A stretch of DNA of 29,218 nucleotides from an uncultured Bacteriovoracaceae bacterium (lineage in GTDB: Bacteria; Bdellovibrionota; Bacteriovoracia; Bacteriovoracales; Bacteriovoracaceae), in NCBI GenBank assembly GCA_964012805.1, contig CAXGUD010000044.1, forward strand, positions 1-29,218. Reading direction: 5' to 3'. The notes beneath the pieces were generated by a model. It did no database searches and was not told the origin of the DNA. It saw nothing but the letters and a program-made list of their open reading frames with translations. This document shows positions 27,058 to 29,218 of the stretch, in pieces (within the stretch, counting starts at the first letter, position 1; each line of letters opens with the position of its first letter). The translations under genes were made by a program, and so were the position numbers.

Positions 27058-28680
27058 ATGATCAATAACAAAAATAATTACATAAACTTTGGGTTTTCTG
27101 TTTTAGGAGCTTTCTTATACTCTATTGCTCACCCTACAAGACTAAATATTCAACCACTAGGCCCATTATTTGTTTTTATTGGTTATTTACTTATCTCTTA
27201 TTCAACTTTAAACAACGAGAAAAAGCCGGTATTGCAAATACTATTAACCTACCTTTGTTTATATTTTTTTAGCCTAGACTGGTTAGCATCATCACTTCAA
27301 ATTCTATCTCCAATTCCTTACTTCTTTTGTTATATCATCTGTTTTTTCTGGACTTTTTTATTGGTTCCGACTTTATGGTTCCCATACCTGTGGAAAATAA
27401 ATAGAAAATCTCCTTATCTTAAAAATCACAGTCTCATTAAAAATGTTGTGATTCCTTCATTTCTTTTTACTTTCCTAGAAAACTTTTTATCATTCAACTT
27501 AGAAATCTTTATAGGCTCTTCGTGGCTGGTTTACCCTGATGCTGCAAAATCAGCATCTATTTTAGGTCCTAAATACTTTTCTTTTTTAATTTTTGCATCT
27601 GTCTTTTCAATTCTAGATATTTTGGAATCTAAAAAAAATCAATTAACAAATGTTGCCCAAAAAAAAGTCATTTATATTATCTTTTTGACTTTGCTTTTTT
27701 ATCCTATTGTCATCCCTGAATCGATAATTAACAAAGTAGTTCTTGATAAGCATTTAAAAGTAAGAGTTATTCAACCAAACTCTTCAAATAAAAGAAGGCT
27801 TGCCGCAGAAAAAGGAAAACAAAATGTCATAGAAGAAATTTTGGACGATCTTATACGCCTTAGTACGATCCGAGAAAATGGAAACTCTTTAGATCTTATT
27901 ATTTGGCCTGAAGTAGCCTACCCTTATGGTCTGACATTATCAGAAGACAAAAAAAGTATAAAAGGTGGACTTCCCTATACACTTCAAAGATATTTCCAGA
28001 AAAGGCAAACTCCTCTTATTTTCGGAGGCTATATAAAAAATGAAACAACAAAAAGCAAAACATATCAAGACACCTTTAATTCTGCTCTCTTCTTAAGTTC
28101 TTTTGGTGAATTGAAACAGTTCTACCATAAGCATTATTTTGTACCTTTCGGAGAAGAAATTCCTCTAATTGGACACTATCAATGGGTTCAAAAATTATTT
28201 ACAAGTACTTCCTACTTTGCCAAAGGTGAAAAGTTCCCTACTTTTAAAGGTCCTGATTCAAATAATTTTATAACGGCCATGTGCTTTGAAGTTCTTTTTA
28301 CTTCTTATATAAGAAATTATCTCAATCAAAACAAAAAAAATTACCCATCTTTTATTATCAACCTAACAAATGATTCTTGGCTTTTGGATTCTGCAGGACC
28401 TAAGCACCATTTATTTCTTACGAGGTGGAGGGCCTTGGAGTTTAAAGTCCCTATTATAAGGGCCAATAACTCAGGCGTTTCGACTATTATTTTTCCTGAT
28501 GGAAGCTTTGGAAAAGCGATTCCTTTTGATACTAGTGGATATTTAGACCTCTCTTTTAGAGTCGATAGCAAAAAAAGCCCCACAATTTATCAAAAGTTTG
28601 GCGATGCAGCTTATTTTGTTTTCATTGTTCTTCTTTCACTAGTAGGCTTGATATCTAATAAAAAAATTAGGAAAATATAA
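27058..28680 (+). CDS. lnt: Apolipoprotein N-acyltransferase
   Basis: 540 aa; N-terminal TM region; nitrilase triad IIWPE, YHKHYFVPFGE, MCFE; NLTNDSW, RALE, RANNSGVS, C-terminal TIYQKFGD. Confidence 0.96.
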   Translation: MINNKNNYINFGFSVLGAFLYSIAHPTRLNIQPLGPLFVFIGYLLISYSTLNNEKKPVLQILLTYLCLYFFSLDWLASSLQILSPIPYFFCYIICFFWTFLLVPTLWFPYLWKINRKSPYLKNHSLIKNVVIPSFLFTFLENFLSFNLEIFIGSSWLVYPDAAKSASILGPKYFSFLIFASVFSILDILESKKNQLTNVAQKKVIYIIFLTLLFYPIVIPESIINKVVLDKHLKVRVIQPNSSNKRRLAAEKGKQNVIEEILDDLIRLSTIRENGNSLDLIIWPEVAYPYGLTLSEDKKSIKGGLPYTLQRYFQKRQTPLIFGGYIKNETTKSKTYQDTFNSALFLSSFGELKQFYHKHYFVPFGEEIPLIGHYQWVQKLFTSTSYFAKGEKFPTFKGPDSNNFITAMCFEVLFTSYIRNYLNQNKKNYPSFIINLTNDSWLLDSAGPKHHLFLTRWRALEFKVPIIRANNSGVSTIIFPDGSFGKAIPFDTSGYLDLSFRVDSKKSPTIYQKFGDAAYFVFIVLLSLVGLISNKKIRKI

Positions 28681-28688
28681 AGGCCTTT

Positions 28689-28952
28689 TTAATTATTAAA
28701 TAAACTCCTAACTTTTTTTCTTACCCAAATTAAAGTTTGACTCTTTTTTTTTCTAACCTTTCCTTGTTCTAATTTAAAAAGGCTAATTTTTTTTATTGTA
28801 AAAGGATTATAATTTATGAAAATGTCATATTTAACAAATTCATTAAACTTTATCTTTATCATTATATAATTACCTTGCCGAAAGAATTGATGAACTCCCC
28901 ATCTAATTTTAGTATTTCTTCTTAAATTCTTATGGCAGAAAATGGACGGCAT
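28689..28952 (-). CDS. Possible small basic hypothetical protein
   Basis: 87 aa; TAATG overlap with the upstream ORF; ends 8 nt from the lnt stop; no motif or RBS. Confidence 0.3.
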   Translation of the reverse strand: MPSIFCHKNLRRNTKIRWGVHQFFRQGNYIMIKIKFNEFVKYDIFINYNPFTIKKISLFKLEQGKVRKKKSQTLIWVRKKVRSLFNN

Positions 28953-29188
28953 TATTTAAAGTTTAATGTTTCTATTAAGGCACACCTAAGCCTACGAACT
29001 AAAACCATTTTTAATGATAGTAACGTCAAAAAAATGACCATTAGAAAAATTAAAAAAGACCCTACTTCAATAATACCAACTGAAAAGGTTAAATGTGGTA
29101 CAGATTTAAGGTTCAACCTCAACAAAAAAATAAAAGGAAAGGAACTCACCCAACAACCAAAAGCCACTCTCTTCTTTCTTTTCCCCAT
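28952..29188 (-). CDS. Possible small membrane protein
   Basis: 78 aa; basic N-terminus and one or two hydrophobic stretches; no RBS or motif. Confidence 0.3.
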   Translation of the reverse strand: MGKRKKRVAFGCWVSSFPFIFLLRLNLKSVPHLTFSVGIIEVGSFLIFLMVIFLTLLSLKMVLVRRLRCALIETLNFK

Positions 29189-29218
29189 TTTAATTTAATT
29201 AGGCTTAACTCGAACTTC

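Noticed and set aside
21199..29198. ORFs 21199-21381, 23773-23991, 24366-24599, 26649-26831, 28341-28583 and 28932-29198
   Set aside because: Antisense or alternative-frame overlaps with better-supported ORFs; no motifs

Overview
AT-rich bacterial chromosomal window with about 20 real protein genes. I found no rRNA, tRNA, CRISPR array or mobile element. The gene content suggests Bdellovibrionota (Bacteriovorax/Halobacteriovorax-like), which is an inference from a membrane-bound CheA-type kinase lacking CheW, sensor proteins ending in -KAA/-KAS, several sigma28-like promoters and many secreted orphans. Recognisable genes: cytochrome P450, S4-domain YbcJ-like protein, class I methyltransferase, SRPBCC-SDR fusion, hrpB, alpha/beta hydrolase, TauE/SafE exporter and lnt. 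The three most interesting loci are: (1) a three-gene operon of secreted proteins (290-2170) that together carry six copies (1+4+1) of a helix plus amphipathic beta-hairpin module resembling Trypco/Pepco domains, a candidate hetero-oligomeric beta-barrel or pore, convergent with a secreted helical protein that has a toxin-like hydrophobic hairpin; (2) an UnbU(RnfD-like)-UnbV(FG-GAP/ASPIC) fusion with no enediyne PKS in the window, translationally coupled to a GNAT-like gene and divergent from a TauE exporter; (3) a truncated paralogue of the CheA-type kinase whose Hpt histidine appears replaced by Asp. All family calls come from motif recognition by eye, with no database search.
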